Shown one piece after another: positions 16,979-26,308 of a stretch of 64,000 nucleotides of DNA. The stretch is taken from contig JALFZG010000010.1 in assembly GCA_022784645.1 (NCBI GenBank), positions 43 through 64,042 of the forward strand, in the 5' to 3' direction. The number at the start of each line of letters is the position of its first letter. Positions within the stretch are counted from its first letter, which is position 1. Made by a program: the position numbers and the translations under genes. The stretch comes from Bacteroidales bacterium (GTDB lineage Bacteria; Bacteroidota; Bacteroidia; Bacteroidales; Paludibacteraceae). The notes under the pieces were generated by a model, which saw only the letters and a list, made by a program, of their open reading frames with translations, made no database searches and was not told the DNA's origin.

Positions 16979-17710
16979 TTACTTCTTCTTTAGCAAGAAT
17001 TTTTTAATTACAACCCAGCAGATTGCTATTGCTAAGATAGCGATGATAATATAACCGATCTCATGACTATATTTGGTGATGAGGTCGGATTGACCTTGGA
17101 GTATGTAGCCCAAGACTGCAAGGATGGTATTCCAGATCGTAGCGCCAAGGAATGTATAGCCAAGGAAAGCACCAAAATGCATTTTCGCCAAACCGGCAGG
17201 GATGGAGATAAGTTGGCGAATGCCCGGCACCATACGGCCGATGAACGTAGCTACATTACCATGTTCGCAGAAATAATCTTCAGCGCGCTTGATTTTCTCA
17301 CCGGAGAGTAGGCATAAGTGCCCAATCTTAGAGTCCGCAAATTTATATATAATGGGACGTCCGAGCCACATGCTAAGCAGGTAGTTGATAATTGCACCAA
17401 TCATGGCGCCAAGCGAGGCAAAGAGAATAATAATCAATACATTGATTGGGTAACTCTCTGTGGCATAAAGCGGGCTTTCTGGATCGTTTGCAACATATGC
17501 TGCAGGAGGAACAACCACTTCACTCGGGAAGGGAATAAAGCTCGATTCAATCGTCATGAGGGCCGTAATCGAGGCATAGTTCATGTTGGCACTATACCAA
17601 TCTACGACTGTTTGAACGAAGCTTTTGTCATCTGCTTCCTGAGTGGGAGTAGCATTTACGCTCGCGCATACGCACACGCTCACGTATATAATAAATAGGA
17701 GTTTCTTCAT
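16979..17710 (-). CDS. DedA family (SNARE-associated) membrane protein
   Basis: 243 aa with the DedA core (FIPFPSEVVVPPAAY ... FIGRMVPGIRQLISIPAGLAKMHFGAFLGYTFLGATIWN). Confidence 0.8.
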   Translation of the reverse strand: MKKLLFIIYVSVCVCASVNATPTQEADDKSFVQTVVDWYSANMNYASITALMTIESSFIPFPSEVVVPPAAYVANDPESPLYATESYPINVLIIILFASLGAMIGAIINYLLSMWLGRPIIYKFADSKIGHLCLLSGEKIKRAEDYFCEHGNVATFIGRMVPGIRQLISIPAGLAKMHFGAFLGYTFLGATIWNTILAVLGYILQGQSDLITKYSHEIGYIIIAILAIAICWVVIKKFLLKKK

Positions 17711-17723
17711 TTTTTGGAGTATG

Positions 17724-18025
17724 GTTGCTTGTTAATAAACTTTGCGTTTTAGGGAGTACGCATGTTTGTTAATAAACTTTGCGCTTAGGAACTGCTTGCA
17801 AATTACTTCGCGCTTTGGGATTGCTTGCAAATTACTTCGCGCTTTGGGGCTGCTTGTTAATAAATTTTGCGTTTTAGGGAGTACGCATGTTTGTTAATAA
17901 ACTTTGCGCTTGGGGGCTGCTGGTAAATTACTTTGCGCTTAGGGCTGCTGGTAAATTACTTCGCGCTTTGGGGCTGCTGGTAAATAACTTCGCGTTTTAG
18001 GGGGCGTTTGTTTGTAAACTTTCGA
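17724..18025. repeat. Degenerate tandem array, about 10 units of ~28-37 bp
   Basis: Reiterated units of the form TGCT(T/G)G(C/T)AAATTACTTCGCGCTTTGGGGC, alternating with TGTTTGTTAATAAACTTTGCGC(TT)AGGG. The array lies between the TPR gene stop and the dedA start. Confidence 0.85.
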
Positions 18026-18084
18026 TTATTTAAATTAATGATTTACGTGTGGATATTGACGAAAATAACAATAAATCGAATGCA

Positions 18085-19509
18085 TTATTTATTGCCTTTT
18101 TTTCTGCAAAGATTTTCTTGTAAGAGGATGTATGCTTGGCGTTCGCGCTCGAGTTGGTCGAAGAATCCCTGTTCGGACATTTGATTATACATATCCGGAT
18201 GTATGGACTTCATCAGCGTGGGAGCTTCATCTGGGCAAAGCGCGTAAGCATAGCGGAAATCTTCTTCCATCTTCTTAAAATGCTTCAACTCGGCATCGCA
18301 TACGGCCATCAAGACGTATGTTTGCCAAAGCTCTTCACATTCGTTGGCTTTCTTGAAGAGGTTGTAAGCTTTCTGTACTTTGCCGAGCGACATCATCGTG
18401 CCTCCCCACAGACTATAGACGGCAGCAGAAGGTGCCAAGATGCTCAATTTTTCGTATGTAGCAGCCGCTTTTTCGAATAATTGACAGTTGCTATAAGCGT
18501 CGGCTAATGGTATAAGTGTCTCCGTATCGTCAGGCTGTACCTCATTGGCTGCTTCCAGCATCGTAATGGCTTCTACATTATGCCCAAGTTGCATGAACGT
18601 GATGCCCGCATTGTTCAAAACGGCATTGTCTCGTGGTTGTGCTTGTACACTCAACCAAAGGGCTTCAACCGCAGCATCTGTTTCCTTGTGATCAATGTGG
18701 ATATTCGCCAAAATCTGCGCAATAGAACTTCGTTGCTTTCCCTCCGCTTTGTCAGCTGCTTCTTTAAGCGATTGCACCGCCAAATCATGCTGATTCGTTT
18801 CCTCGTAGCATCGTGCTTTCATCACGAGATAATCGGGCTCGTCTGGGGCAATGGCAGCGGCATAGTCGTATGCATCGAGTGCCTCCGTAAATTGATCGTG
18901 AGCAGAGAGATAATTGCCTTTAGCCATCCAAGCATCGTAGTGGAATGGATCGGAAGCAAGAATCTTCTCCGCTATCGGCATCGTCTCCTCAAGATGGCCC
19001 ATCTGCTCGTGGCAGTAGAGCATACCGGAGAGGGTACGAATATCATCTGGATGGTTTTTGAGACTATGCTCGTAGAAATGCATGGCCGTTGTAAAATCAC
19101 CTGCATTCATGAATCCGAGGGCAATATCGTAAGCCACGTATTCGTTTGGATTCTCATCGGTGAGCGCCAAATCGGCCATCTCCATGGCTTCGGTTTTTCT
19201 GCCGAGCATAGCCAATGCGGCCGAACGGAGGATGCAGAGGAAGGTGTTGTCCTCCTGAAAAATCGCATCAATTTTCTTCAATGCCGATTCTGCGTCATTG
19301 GTCATGAGCGTGTATTCTGCATCGAGTTGCATGATGGTGGGGTCATCGGGATGCAGATTAAGGCCCAAACGCAGAATATCTTCCAGTTTGCTCACCTGAT
19401 TATTGTCCGCATAATATCGGAAAATCTGGTCTATCTCAATAGGGTCGAGATAGACCGATTCTCCGGCTTTGAGCATAGCTTCGTATTTGTTGACGATATC
19501 TGGAGTCAT
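18085..19509 (-). CDS. Tetratricopeptide repeat (TPR) protein
   Basis: 474 aa of helical repeats with A/Y/L periodicity. Its start overlaps the upstream stop codon by 1 nt. Confidence 0.7.
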   Translation of the reverse strand: MTPDIVNKYEAMLKAGESVYLDPIEIDQIFRYYADNNQVSKLEDILRLGLNLHPDDPTIMQLDAEYTLMTNDAESALKKIDAIFQEDNTFLCILRSAALAMLGRKTEAMEMADLALTDENPNEYVAYDIALGFMNAGDFTTAMHFYEHSLKNHPDDIRTLSGMLYCHEQMGHLEETMPIAEKILASDPFHYDAWMAKGNYLSAHDQFTEALDAYDYAAAIAPDEPDYLVMKARCYEETNQHDLAVQSLKEAADKAEGKQRSSIAQILANIHIDHKETDAAVEALWLSVQAQPRDNAVLNNAGITFMQLGHNVEAITMLEAANEVQPDDTETLIPLADAYSNCQLFEKAAATYEKLSILAPSAAVYSLWGGTMMSLGKVQKAYNLFKKANECEELWQTYVLMAVCDAELKHFKKMEEDFRYAYALCPDEAPTLMKSIHPDMYNQMSEQGFFDQLERERQAYILLQENLCRKKGNK

Positions 19510-19961
19510 CAGTTATTGAGTAGTTCTTTAACTTTGGCCGAAATGATTTTTCCGTCGGCCAAACCGGCAAGTGCTTTGGTTGCAGTGCCCATGACTTTAC
19601 CCATATCTTTAGGGCCTTGAGCACCGAGTTCGGAGATGATGTTTTTGAGTCGGTCAACGAGTTCGTCTTCTGAGAGTTGTTTGGGTAGGTATTGCTCAAT
19701 CACACGCATTTGCGCCAGCTCCTCTTCTGCGAGTTCATTACGTCCGGCAGCAGCATACATTTCGGCCGACTCCTTGCGCTGTTTGCAAAGCTTCTGCATG
19801 CAACGAATAGCTTGGTCGTCATGGAGTTCGCCATCGCCACCCTTGGCCGTTTTAGCCTCAAGAAATTCTTTCTTTACACCGCGGAGCGCATCAAGCGCCA
19901 CCTTATCTTTTGCGAGCATCGCTTTCTTGATATCCTCGCTTATTTGATCAAATAGAGTCAT
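19509..19961 (-). CDS. GatB/YqeY domain protein
   Basis: 150 aa with N-terminus MTLFDQISEDIKKAMLAKDKVALDALRGVKKEF, typical of the YqeY family. Confidence 0.85.
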   Translation of the reverse strand: MTLFDQISEDIKKAMLAKDKVALDALRGVKKEFLEAKTAKGGDGELHDDQAIRCMQKLCKQRKESAEMYAAAGRNELAEEELAQMRVIEQYLPKQLSEDELVDRLKNIISELGAQGPKDMGKVMGTATKALAGLADGKIISAKVKELLNN

Positions 19962-19964
19962 AGC

Positions 19965-21260
19965 TTAAATGAAAATGAGTTGTACAATAATGTAAATCGG
20001 CAGGCAGACAATGAGGGAGAACTTAATCATGTAGCCGAAGAACGACGGCATCTTGATACCTTCTTGTTCGGCAATCGATTTCACCATGAAGTTAGGGCCA
20101 TTGCCAATGTAGGTGAGTGCTCCGAAGAAAACGGCACCCATCGAGATGGCTTTGAGGAATGGGTCGGCAGCCAACGCAGCCACTTCTCCTGTCGGTGCCA
20201 TGGAGTTGAAGACCATCGCTGTAGGCGCATTGTCGAGGAATGCAGAGAGCAGGCCGGTGCAATACACATACTGCCAAGGCTCGCTCAATACGGCCTGAAT
20301 CTGCTCTTTCATCTGCTCGAGGAACATGAGCGCGGGGGTCATCGTGCAGAAGATGCCGAGGAAGACGCATGCCACTTCGAGGATAGGTGTCCAGCTGTAG
20401 TTGTTGTTGACGCGCACTTCTTTCTTTGTAGTGAGCCAGCTTGCGAGGATGATGAGGATGAACACCCACTCGCGAAGCAAACGGAGGTACCAAGGCGCGC
20501 CATGTCCCATAGCGGGGATGTAGGTGGCATTGATGAACATCGTAGATGCAATCACGCAGAGCAACCAGAAGATATTGATGAGTCCGGTAGCCGTCACTTT
20601 GGTGGCTTCGTGAACGTCGGCCATCAAGTTAACGATAGGCTCTTTCTTATAGAGGTAGGTATCCACGCAGAAATATACAAGGAGAAGCAGAATGCCGGTA
20701 ACGAGCCATTCTCCGAACATGTTCTGCATCCACCATCCGAAGCTTGCACCTTTCTGGAAAAGGAGGAAGAGTGGGGGATCGCCGAGGGGCGACAGCAGAC
20801 CGCCGCAGTTAGCCACGATAGCGATGAAGAACAAGATGGTATGCACGCGGTATTTGCGCTGTTGGATAGTCGCTAAAAGCAAACGAATGAGCAACATAGC
20901 GGCACCGGTTGTACCCATGAACGAAGCCAGCGCCCAGCCGATAGCCAAGATGATGGTGTTGGTCGTAGGGGTAGCTTTCAAGTCGCCTCGAATACAGATA
21001 CCGCCAGTGGTCACGAACAGCGCCATCAGCAGGAGGATAAACGGCACATAATCATACACCATTTGATGAATGAGGTGCTCCGAGAGCCCGTTTACGCATA
21101 GCCAGATGGCAACGGGGATGCCGAGCAATAGCGAAACGAGCAGTTTGTTACGATTTTCTTCCCACCACTCGCCTACTTTGGGCAGGAGGGGCAGCACAGC
21201 AATGCTGAGAAGCATGACAGCGAACGGAATCAACAGCCATGCAGGGATGAGAGTTTCCAT
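19965..21260 (-). CDS. ArsB/NhaD-superfamily ion transporter (putative Na+/H+ antiporter)
   Basis: 431 aa with about 11-12 TM helices and the pattern ...ANCGGLLSPLGDPPLFLLF... It is 3 nt from yqeY. Confidence 0.7.
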   Translation of the reverse strand: METLIPAWLLIPFAVMLLSIAVLPLLPKVGEWWEENRNKLLVSLLLGIPVAIWLCVNGLSEHLIHQMVYDYVPFILLLMALFVTTGGICIRGDLKATPTTNTIILAIGWALASFMGTTGAAMLLIRLLLATIQQRKYRVHTILFFIAIVANCGGLLSPLGDPPLFLLFQKGASFGWWMQNMFGEWLVTGILLLLVYFCVDTYLYKKEPIVNLMADVHEATKVTATGLINIFWLLCVIASTMFINATYIPAMGHGAPWYLRLLREWVFILIILASWLTTKKEVRVNNNYSWTPILEVACVFLGIFCTMTPALMFLEQMKEQIQAVLSEPWQYVYCTGLLSAFLDNAPTAMVFNSMAPTGEVAALAADPFLKAISMGAVFFGALTYIGNGPNFMVKSIAEQEGIKMPSFFGYMIKFSLIVCLPIYIIVQLIFI

Positions 21261-21284
21261 ATTTTGGGTGTTTTAGTTAATTCT

Positions 21285-21451
21285 TAATCGAGGATGCCGC
21301 GGCAAGCCAACCTAAACCGAGTGGAAAACGGCAAGCCAAACCGAGCGGAAAACGGCAAGCCAAACCGAGCGGAAAACGGCAAGCCAAACCGAGCGGAAAA
21401 AGGCAAGCCAACGTAAACCGAGCGGAAAACGGAAAGCCGAAACTAATCGAG
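21285..21451. repeat. Tandem array of ~24-bp units (AAACCGAGCGGAAAACGGCAAGCC), about 6-7 copies
   Basis: Units start at 21314, 21338, 21362, 21386 and 21415. The array is bracketed by TAATCGAG at 21285-21292 and 21444-21451. The latter copy covers the last codons and part of the stop codon of lepA. Confidence 0.9.
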
Positions 21452-23218
21452 CTTGAGCACAGCAAGGAAGGCTTTCTGCGGCACTTCCACGTTGCCAATC
21501 TGCTTCATTCGTTTCTTTCCTCGCTTCTGCTTTTCGAGGAGCTTGCGCTTACGGCTGACGTCACCGCCATAACATTTGGCGAGCACGTCTTTGCGCACCT
21601 GCTTTACCGTTTCTCGGGCGATGATCTTCGCTCCGATAGCCGCTTGAATGGCAATATCAAACTGCTGACGCGGCAGCAGTTCTTTGAGTTTTTCGCACAT
21701 GCGTCGGCCGAAATCCACGGCATTGGCTCGGTGGGTGAGGGTAGAGAGGGCGTCCACCTGTTCGCCATTGAGCAGGATATCGAGCTTCACCAAATCCGAC
21801 TCGCGGAAGCCGCTCGGATGGTAGTCAAACGATGCGTAGCCTTTGGAAATGGATTTGAGCTTGTCGTAGAAGTCAATTACAATCTCGCCCAAGGGGAGGT
21901 CGAAATAAATCTCCACACGGTTGCCAGATATGTATTCTTGCTTGATGAGCTCGCCTCGTTTGTCAAGGCAGAGGGTCATAATGGGGCCGATGAAGTTCGT
22001 TGTGGTGATGATGGACGCACGAATGTAGGGTTCCTCCACATGGTCAATGAGGGTAGGGTCGGGCATACCGGCAGGGTTGTGCACCTCGGTCATCTTGCCG
22101 TCTTTGGTAAATACGCGATACGAAACGTTGGGTACGGTGGTGATCACATCCATGTCAAACTCGCGGTCGAGTCGCTCCTGCACGATCTCCATGTGGAGTA
22201 ACCCGAGGAATCCGCATCGGAAACCGAAACCGAGCGCAACCGAGCTTTCCGGGGTGAAGGTCAAAGACGCATCGTTGAGTTGCAGTTTCTCGAGTGAACT
22301 GCGCAAATCCTCAAAATCTTCGGTCTCAATCGGGTAGATACCGGCAAACACCATCGGCTTGACCTCTTCGAATCCGGAGATGGCCTCGGAGCAGGGGCGC
22401 GCACATTGGGTGATGGTATCGCCCACCTTGACTTCGGTGCTGTTTTTGATACCGGAAATGATATATCCTACATTACCCGCTGAAAGCGTCTTAGTAGGAA
22501 TCATGTCGAGTTTGAGCACACCTATCTCCTGCGCATCGTATTCTTTGCCCGTGTTCACGAACTTCACATGGTCGCCAGCCTTGATGGTGCCGTTAACGAT
22601 TTTGAAATAGGCGATGATGCCTCTGAAGGAATTGAAAACGGAGTCAAAAATGAGCGCTTGCAAGGGTGCGTTAGGGTCGCCTTGAGGAGCAGGAATGCGC
22701 TCGATGATGGCTTCCAAAATGTCTTCTACGCCCATACCGGTCTTGCCGCTGGCGCGGATAATCTCCTCGCGTTTGCAGCCGAGCAACTCTACGATCTCGT
22801 CCTCCACCATGTCGGGCATAGCCGAATCCATATCGCATTTGTTCATCACGGGGATAATCTCCAAATCGTGCTCCAGCGCCATGTAGAGGTTGGAGATGGT
22901 CTGCGCCTGCACGCCCTGCGAAGCATCCACAATCAGAATAGCGCCCTCGCATGCCGCAATCGAACGCGACACCTCATATGAGAAGTCCACGTGCCCAGGC
23001 GTGTCGATAAGGTTGAGCGTGTAGCCCTTGTATTGCATCTGAATAGCATGGCTCTTGATGGTGATGCCGCGCTCCTTCTCCAAATCCATATCGTCGAGCA
23101 CCTGATTCTCCATCTGCCGAACATCCACCGTATTGGTGAACTCCAGCAGGCGGTCGGCTATCGTAGATTTACCGTGGTCAATATGAGCAATAATGCAAAA
23201 ATTTCGTATCTTATCCAT
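21443..23218 (-). CDS. lepA: Elongation factor 4 (LepA)
   Basis: G1 motif [17 protein letters not shown], and the LepA C-terminal domain. Start set at MDKIRNF (ATG at 23218), not the ORF-track start at 23299. Confidence 0.95.
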   Translation of the reverse strand: MDKIRNFCIIAHIDHGKSTIADRLLEFTNTVDVRQMENQVLDDMDLEKERGITIKSHAIQMQYKGYTLNLIDTPGHVDFSYEVSRSIAACEGAILIVDASQGVQAQTISNLYMALEHDLEIIPVMNKCDMDSAMPDMVEDEIVELLGCKREEIIRASGKTGMGVEDILEAIIERIPAPQGDPNAPLQALIFDSVFNSFRGIIAYFKIVNGTIKAGDHVKFVNTGKEYDAQEIGVLKLDMIPTKTLSAGNVGYIISGIKNSTEVKVGDTITQCARPCSEAISGFEEVKPMVFAGIYPIETEDFEDLRSSLEKLQLNDASLTFTPESSVALGFGFRCGFLGLLHMEIVQERLDREFDMDVITTVPNVSYRVFTKDGKMTEVHNPAGMPDPTLIDHVEEPYIRASIITTTNFIGPIMTLCLDKRGELIKQEYISGNRVEIYFDLPLGEIVIDFYDKLKSISKGYASFDYHPSGFRESDLVKLDILLNGEQVDALSTLTHRANAVDFGRRMCEKLKELLPRQQFDIAIQAAIGAKIIARETVKQVRKDVLAKCYGGDVSRKRKLLEKQKRGKKRMKQIGNVEVPQKAFLAVLKLD

Positions 23219-23260
23219 ATAAATATCGTGTGTGCGCACGCATATGCGTAAAATCGGCTG

Positions 23261-23268
23261 CAAAATTA
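23261..23268 (-). promoter_or_regulatory. -7 promoter box for lepA
   Basis: CAAAATTA on the plus strand is TAATTTTG on the minus strand, about 43 nt upstream of the ATG. Confidence 0.55.
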
Positions 23269-23384
23269 CGAAAAAAAAATGAATTATGCAAATTTGCATG
23301 CTGTTTTTTGCAGAAAAATGTCAGAAAAACGGCTCAATCTGTGTCATTTTGCCATAAATATTTGGCAGATTCGATTTCTTTTCG

Positions 23385-23392
23385 TACCTTTG
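23385..23392 (+). promoter_or_regulatory. -7 promoter box for lipoprotein paralog 1
   Basis: TTTCTTTTCGTACCTTTGCA. The same extended sequence occurs upstream of paralog 2. Confidence 0.6.
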
Positions 23393-23448
23393 CACGCTCG
23401 AAAGCATAATCGCTTGAAAAAACAGTAATCAAAAAACAATACGTAAAA

Positions 23449-24456
23449 ATGAAAAAGCTTTTTTATTTTGCAGCAGCAGCCGTAATGGGCTTTGCTATTG
23501 CTTCTTGTAAACCCACGGAGGAACCGGAAAAGAGCACGCTTACCATCACCGTAACCGATATCACGGGCACGGGGGCAACCGTAAAGGTGACGAATTCTGC
23601 TTCGGATTATTTCATGTGGAATGTAGCTATACCGGAAGATTTGGAGGGCTATGCCAATCCGTATGAGTATTGGCGGGATAATTGGATGATTCATGAAGAA
23701 ACATACAACGAGAATCCGGATATATATAATTATTTTATGGGCGTAAACTCGTATTCCGAATTGGTGAAAGCCATGTATTGTCTTGAGAATGAGTATGTCC
23801 ATACGTTTGAGAATCTCCAACCTGAGACGCAATATCTCGTTTATGCGTTTAAGATCGATACGCTCGGTCAGCTCGCCAGCCCGATTATTGACACCCTCAC
23901 ATTTACCACCCTTGAAGGCCCCTCTGAGGAGGAATTGATGTACAAGTTTGAGCCTACGACCGCAGGTGAATATACGATGCAGGCAAACTCTATACGATGT
24001 GACAATTATGGCGATTTCTTCGAAAACAACACCTCGCTTTTCTATACGATTCTGACGAATGCGAATAACGAATCGCTTACCCTTGATTTCGTAGCGCCAG
24101 CTGGGGAAACGACTATTCCTGCCGGCACCTATTCTGTAGTTGCTCCGGCTGAGTTTTCTGCTCTTTCTGCCGGTCAAATTTTGGCAGGTAATTATCAATA
24201 TTATAGTTCGTATGGCCTCGGCACCTATATGGTAATGGATGGAGGTTCTACCGCCCTTTGGGTAGAAAATGGCAGCCTCAACGTGCAAGTAGCAAATGAT
24301 GTTTATACCATTACCGGCACGCTCACTTCGCATTTTGGCTCTACCATTCAGGTGCATTATGAGGGTCCGATTACCATTACGACGATTGAACAGAATGATC
24401 AGGCTCCCGCCAAGCGCATCCTGAAGCAGCCTATTTCTATTTTTCCCTTCAATTAA
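23449..24456 (+). CDS. Hypothetical lipoprotein, paralog 1 (335 aa)
   Basis: Lipobox (AVMGFAIASC), an Ig/Fn3-like N-terminal segment (TITVTDITGTGATVKVT), and no recognisable catalytic motif. It is clearly homologous to the ORF at 24782-25780. Confidence 0.75.
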   Translation: MKKLFYFAAAAVMGFAIASCKPTEEPEKSTLTITVTDITGTGATVKVTNSASDYFMWNVAIPEDLEGYANPYEYWRDNWMIHEETYNENPDIYNYFMGVNSYSELVKAMYCLENEYVHTFENLQPETQYLVYAFKIDTLGQLASPIIDTLTFTTLEGPSEEELMYKFEPTTAGEYTMQANSIRCDNYGDFFENNTSLFYTILTNANNESLTLDFVAPAGETTIPAGTYSVVAPAEFSALSAGQILAGNYQYYSSYGLGTYMVMDGGSTALWVENGSLNVQVANDVYTITGTLTSHFGSTIQVHYEGPITITTIEQNDQAPAKRILKQPISIFPFN

Positions 24457-24600
24457 ACCCGCAAGATTGAAGTCTTGTACTTCCCCCAAAAAAATCATGG
24501 GGAAGATTGTGGAATAATGCCTAAGATTGTTAACGCTTCATGCTTTATTGAATTTTCTCAATGAAGTAACTGTATTTTCTCAATGAAGTAACAAAATGTT

Positions 24601-24640
24601 CAAACTGCTCGAAAAAATCGGGCAGTTTGATTTTTTTTTA
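24601..24640 (+). terminator. Terminator of lipoprotein paralog 1
   Basis: AAACTGC...GCAGTTT hairpin followed by T9. Confidence 0.65.
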
Positions 24641-24723
24641 GGCATTCCTGTCGAAAAATGACAAAAAATGATGGATTTTTACGATTTTTAACAAAAAAAT
24701 TTGGTGGAATCATTTTCTTTTCG

Positions 24724-24731
24724 TACCTTTG
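24724..24731 (+). promoter_or_regulatory. -7 promoter box for lipoprotein paralog 2
   Basis: TACCTTTG within TTTCTTTTCGTACCTTTGCG. Confidence 0.6.
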
Positions 24732-24781
24732 CGCATTCATTTGATAAATAATCAAAATTCACTTAATAAAAATTTTACAAA

Positions 24782-25780
24782 ATGAAAAAGTATTTCTTTA
24801 TTGCTGTGGCCGCTGTATTAGGCCTTGCAGTGGCTTCTTGTGAAAAGAAGCCCGAAGCAGAAGTTAGTCCGCTCAAGATTGAGGTTTCTGACATCACGGG
24901 CGCAGGTGCTACTATTACTGTAAGCTGCTCTACGACTGACTATTTCTATTGGGAAGTTGCTACTCCTGAAGATCTTGCGGCGTATGATAATCCATACGAG
25001 TATTGGGTAAACGAACAGATGATTACCGAGGAGTTCTACAACGAAAATGCTGAAGCTTTCGCTCAGAAGTGGGGTATTGAATCGTATGAAGACGTCAAGG
25101 CTATGTATCTCCTCCAAACGGAAGATGAATTCGAGTATGAATTGGATCCCGAGACAGAGTATGTTGTTTTTGCATTCCGCTTGAACGAGGACCTGACGCT
25201 CAAGTCCACGCTGATTGATACCGTTCATTTCACCACGCTTGAAGGTCCTTCTGAGGAAGAGATGTACTATCAGCTCGAGCCGACTACTCCTATTACGTTT
25301 AATATGAATGCTCTTCAGGCTCAATATATTGCTTATGGCAATGTCTTCAACGAAAATTCTGTTAACTTCTCCGTTGTGCTTATCAATGCAGAAGGTCAAG
25401 GCCTTGTACTTGATATGAATGCAGCTAATGGTTCTGAAACTCTCCCGGCTGGTACGTATGAAGCTGCTATTGTGACCTCTAATGAGCAAGTTGCTCCTGG
25501 CCAGATTATCGCAGGCAATATCGCTCTGTATCAGAACGGTGTAGGCAGCTATGCTGTGCTCAGCAATTCTGAAGCTCTTTGGATTGAAAGTGGCAGCCTC
25601 AACGTACAGGTAGCTGACGGTGTTTATACTATCACTGGTACGCTCACCTCGCACTATGGCTCTACCGTAAATGTTTCTTACACGGGCGCTCTCGTACCCC
25701 AGCAGCAGCAAGCTGCCAAGAAAGTGGCTAAGCCGATTCTTCCGCTTTCCGTTAAGGGTCACGTGTTCAACCGCAAATAA
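24782..25780 (+). CDS. Hypothetical lipoprotein, paralog 2 (332 aa)
   Basis: Lipobox (VLGLAVASC). Shared blocks with paralog 1 include DITGAGAT, DYFYWEVATPEDL, NPYEYW, FTTLEGPSEEE and LW.E.GSLNVQVA..VYTITGTLTSH.GST. Confidence 0.75.
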   Translation: MKKYFFIAVAAVLGLAVASCEKKPEAEVSPLKIEVSDITGAGATITVSCSTTDYFYWEVATPEDLAAYDNPYEYWVNEQMITEEFYNENAEAFAQKWGIESYEDVKAMYLLQTEDEFEYELDPETEYVVFAFRLNEDLTLKSTLIDTVHFTTLEGPSEEEMYYQLEPTTPITFNMNALQAQYIAYGNVFNENSVNFSVVLINAEGQGLVLDMNAANGSETLPAGTYEAAIVTSNEQVAPGQIIAGNIALYQNGVGSYAVLSNSEALWIESGSLNVQVADGVYTITGTLTSHYGSTVNVSYTGALVPQQQQAAKKVAKPILPLSVKGHVFNRK

Positions 25781-25830
25781 TTCTTTTCGAGTGGTGATTT
25801 CGTAATTTCCACTTTGCATAATCTTTATGA

Positions 25831-25859
25831 CTGCTCGGCTTCGGTCGGGCAGTTTTTTT
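25831..25859 (+). terminator. Terminator of lipoprotein paralog 2
   Basis: CTGCTCG...CGGGCAG hairpin followed by T7. Confidence 0.6.
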
Positions 25860-25972
25860 GTGCTGTATTGCCGCAATTTTGCTTCCATTTAGCCGCTTGA
25901 TATTGCAATATTTGTTTGTTTTTGCTATTCCTTTTGCTTTATTTTATCCTCCGGCTATCGCTTGATGATTGC

Positions 25973-26117
25973 CCGTTCATCGTCCGTTCATTGTCCGTTC
26001 ATTGTCCGTTCATCGTCCGTTCATCGTCCGTTCATCTAGCTTGTATCTAGCTTGTATCTAGCTTGTATCTAGCTTGTTTGCAAGCTCAGTGCAAGCTAAC
26101 TGTAAGCTAGATGAACG
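25973..26117. repeat. Composite 11-mer repeat element, copy A
   Basis: (CCGTTCAT[C/T]GT)x5, then CCGTTCAT, (CTAGCTTGTAT)x3, CTAGCTTGTTT, and three inverted 11-mers (CAAGCTCAGTG, CAAGCTAACTG, TAAGCTAGATG) ending AACG. The outer arms CGTTCATCTAGCTTG and TAAGCTAGATGAACG pair imperfectly. Confidence 0.9.
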
Positions 26118-26214
26118 TTTGCAACGTGGAGGAAGAAGGGGTGGAGAGGGCGGGGGAGTGCAGATTATGTATGTTTTTTTTTATCAAATATTTTGTCAAT
26201 TCAAGAATTTTTCG

Positions 26215-26222
26215 TAATTTTG
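26215..26222 (+). promoter_or_regulatory. -7 promoter box for the RND transporter gene
   Basis: TAATTTTG lies about 87 nt upstream of the ATG at 26309. Confidence 0.55.
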
Positions 26223-26308
26223 CACGTTTTTTGAAAACATGCAGTCAGCAAGGCTCCTTATTTTGGTTTTCAACCGTACGACAATCTTCATTTCAAGCAT
26301 TCAGCGGC

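Noticed and set aside
17724-18025. Possible CRISPR arrays (also considered for 21285-21451, 25973-26117 and 33081-33240)
   Set aside because: The units abut each other with no unique spacers. The repeats are degenerate, and no cas genes are in the window.
21277-21498. A 73-aa ORF with a repeating ACRFPLGL peptide
   Set aside because: It is simply the translation of the 24-bp intergenic tandem array. It has no start context or promoter.
23449-25780. Diversity-generating retroelement (template/variable repeat) relationship between the highly similar C-terminal segments of the lipoprotein paralogs
   Set aside because: There is no reverse transcriptase gene in the window, and the nucleotide differences between the two segments are not restricted to adenine positions.
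23344-25888. ORFs of 384 aa and 356 aa antisense to the two lipoprotein paralogs
   Set aside because: The 384-aa ORF is in the codon-aligned shadow frame of paralog 1 (checked), and the 356-aa ORF looks like the same kind of shadow. The sense ORFs have lipoboxes, promoters and terminators, and the antisense ORFs have none.
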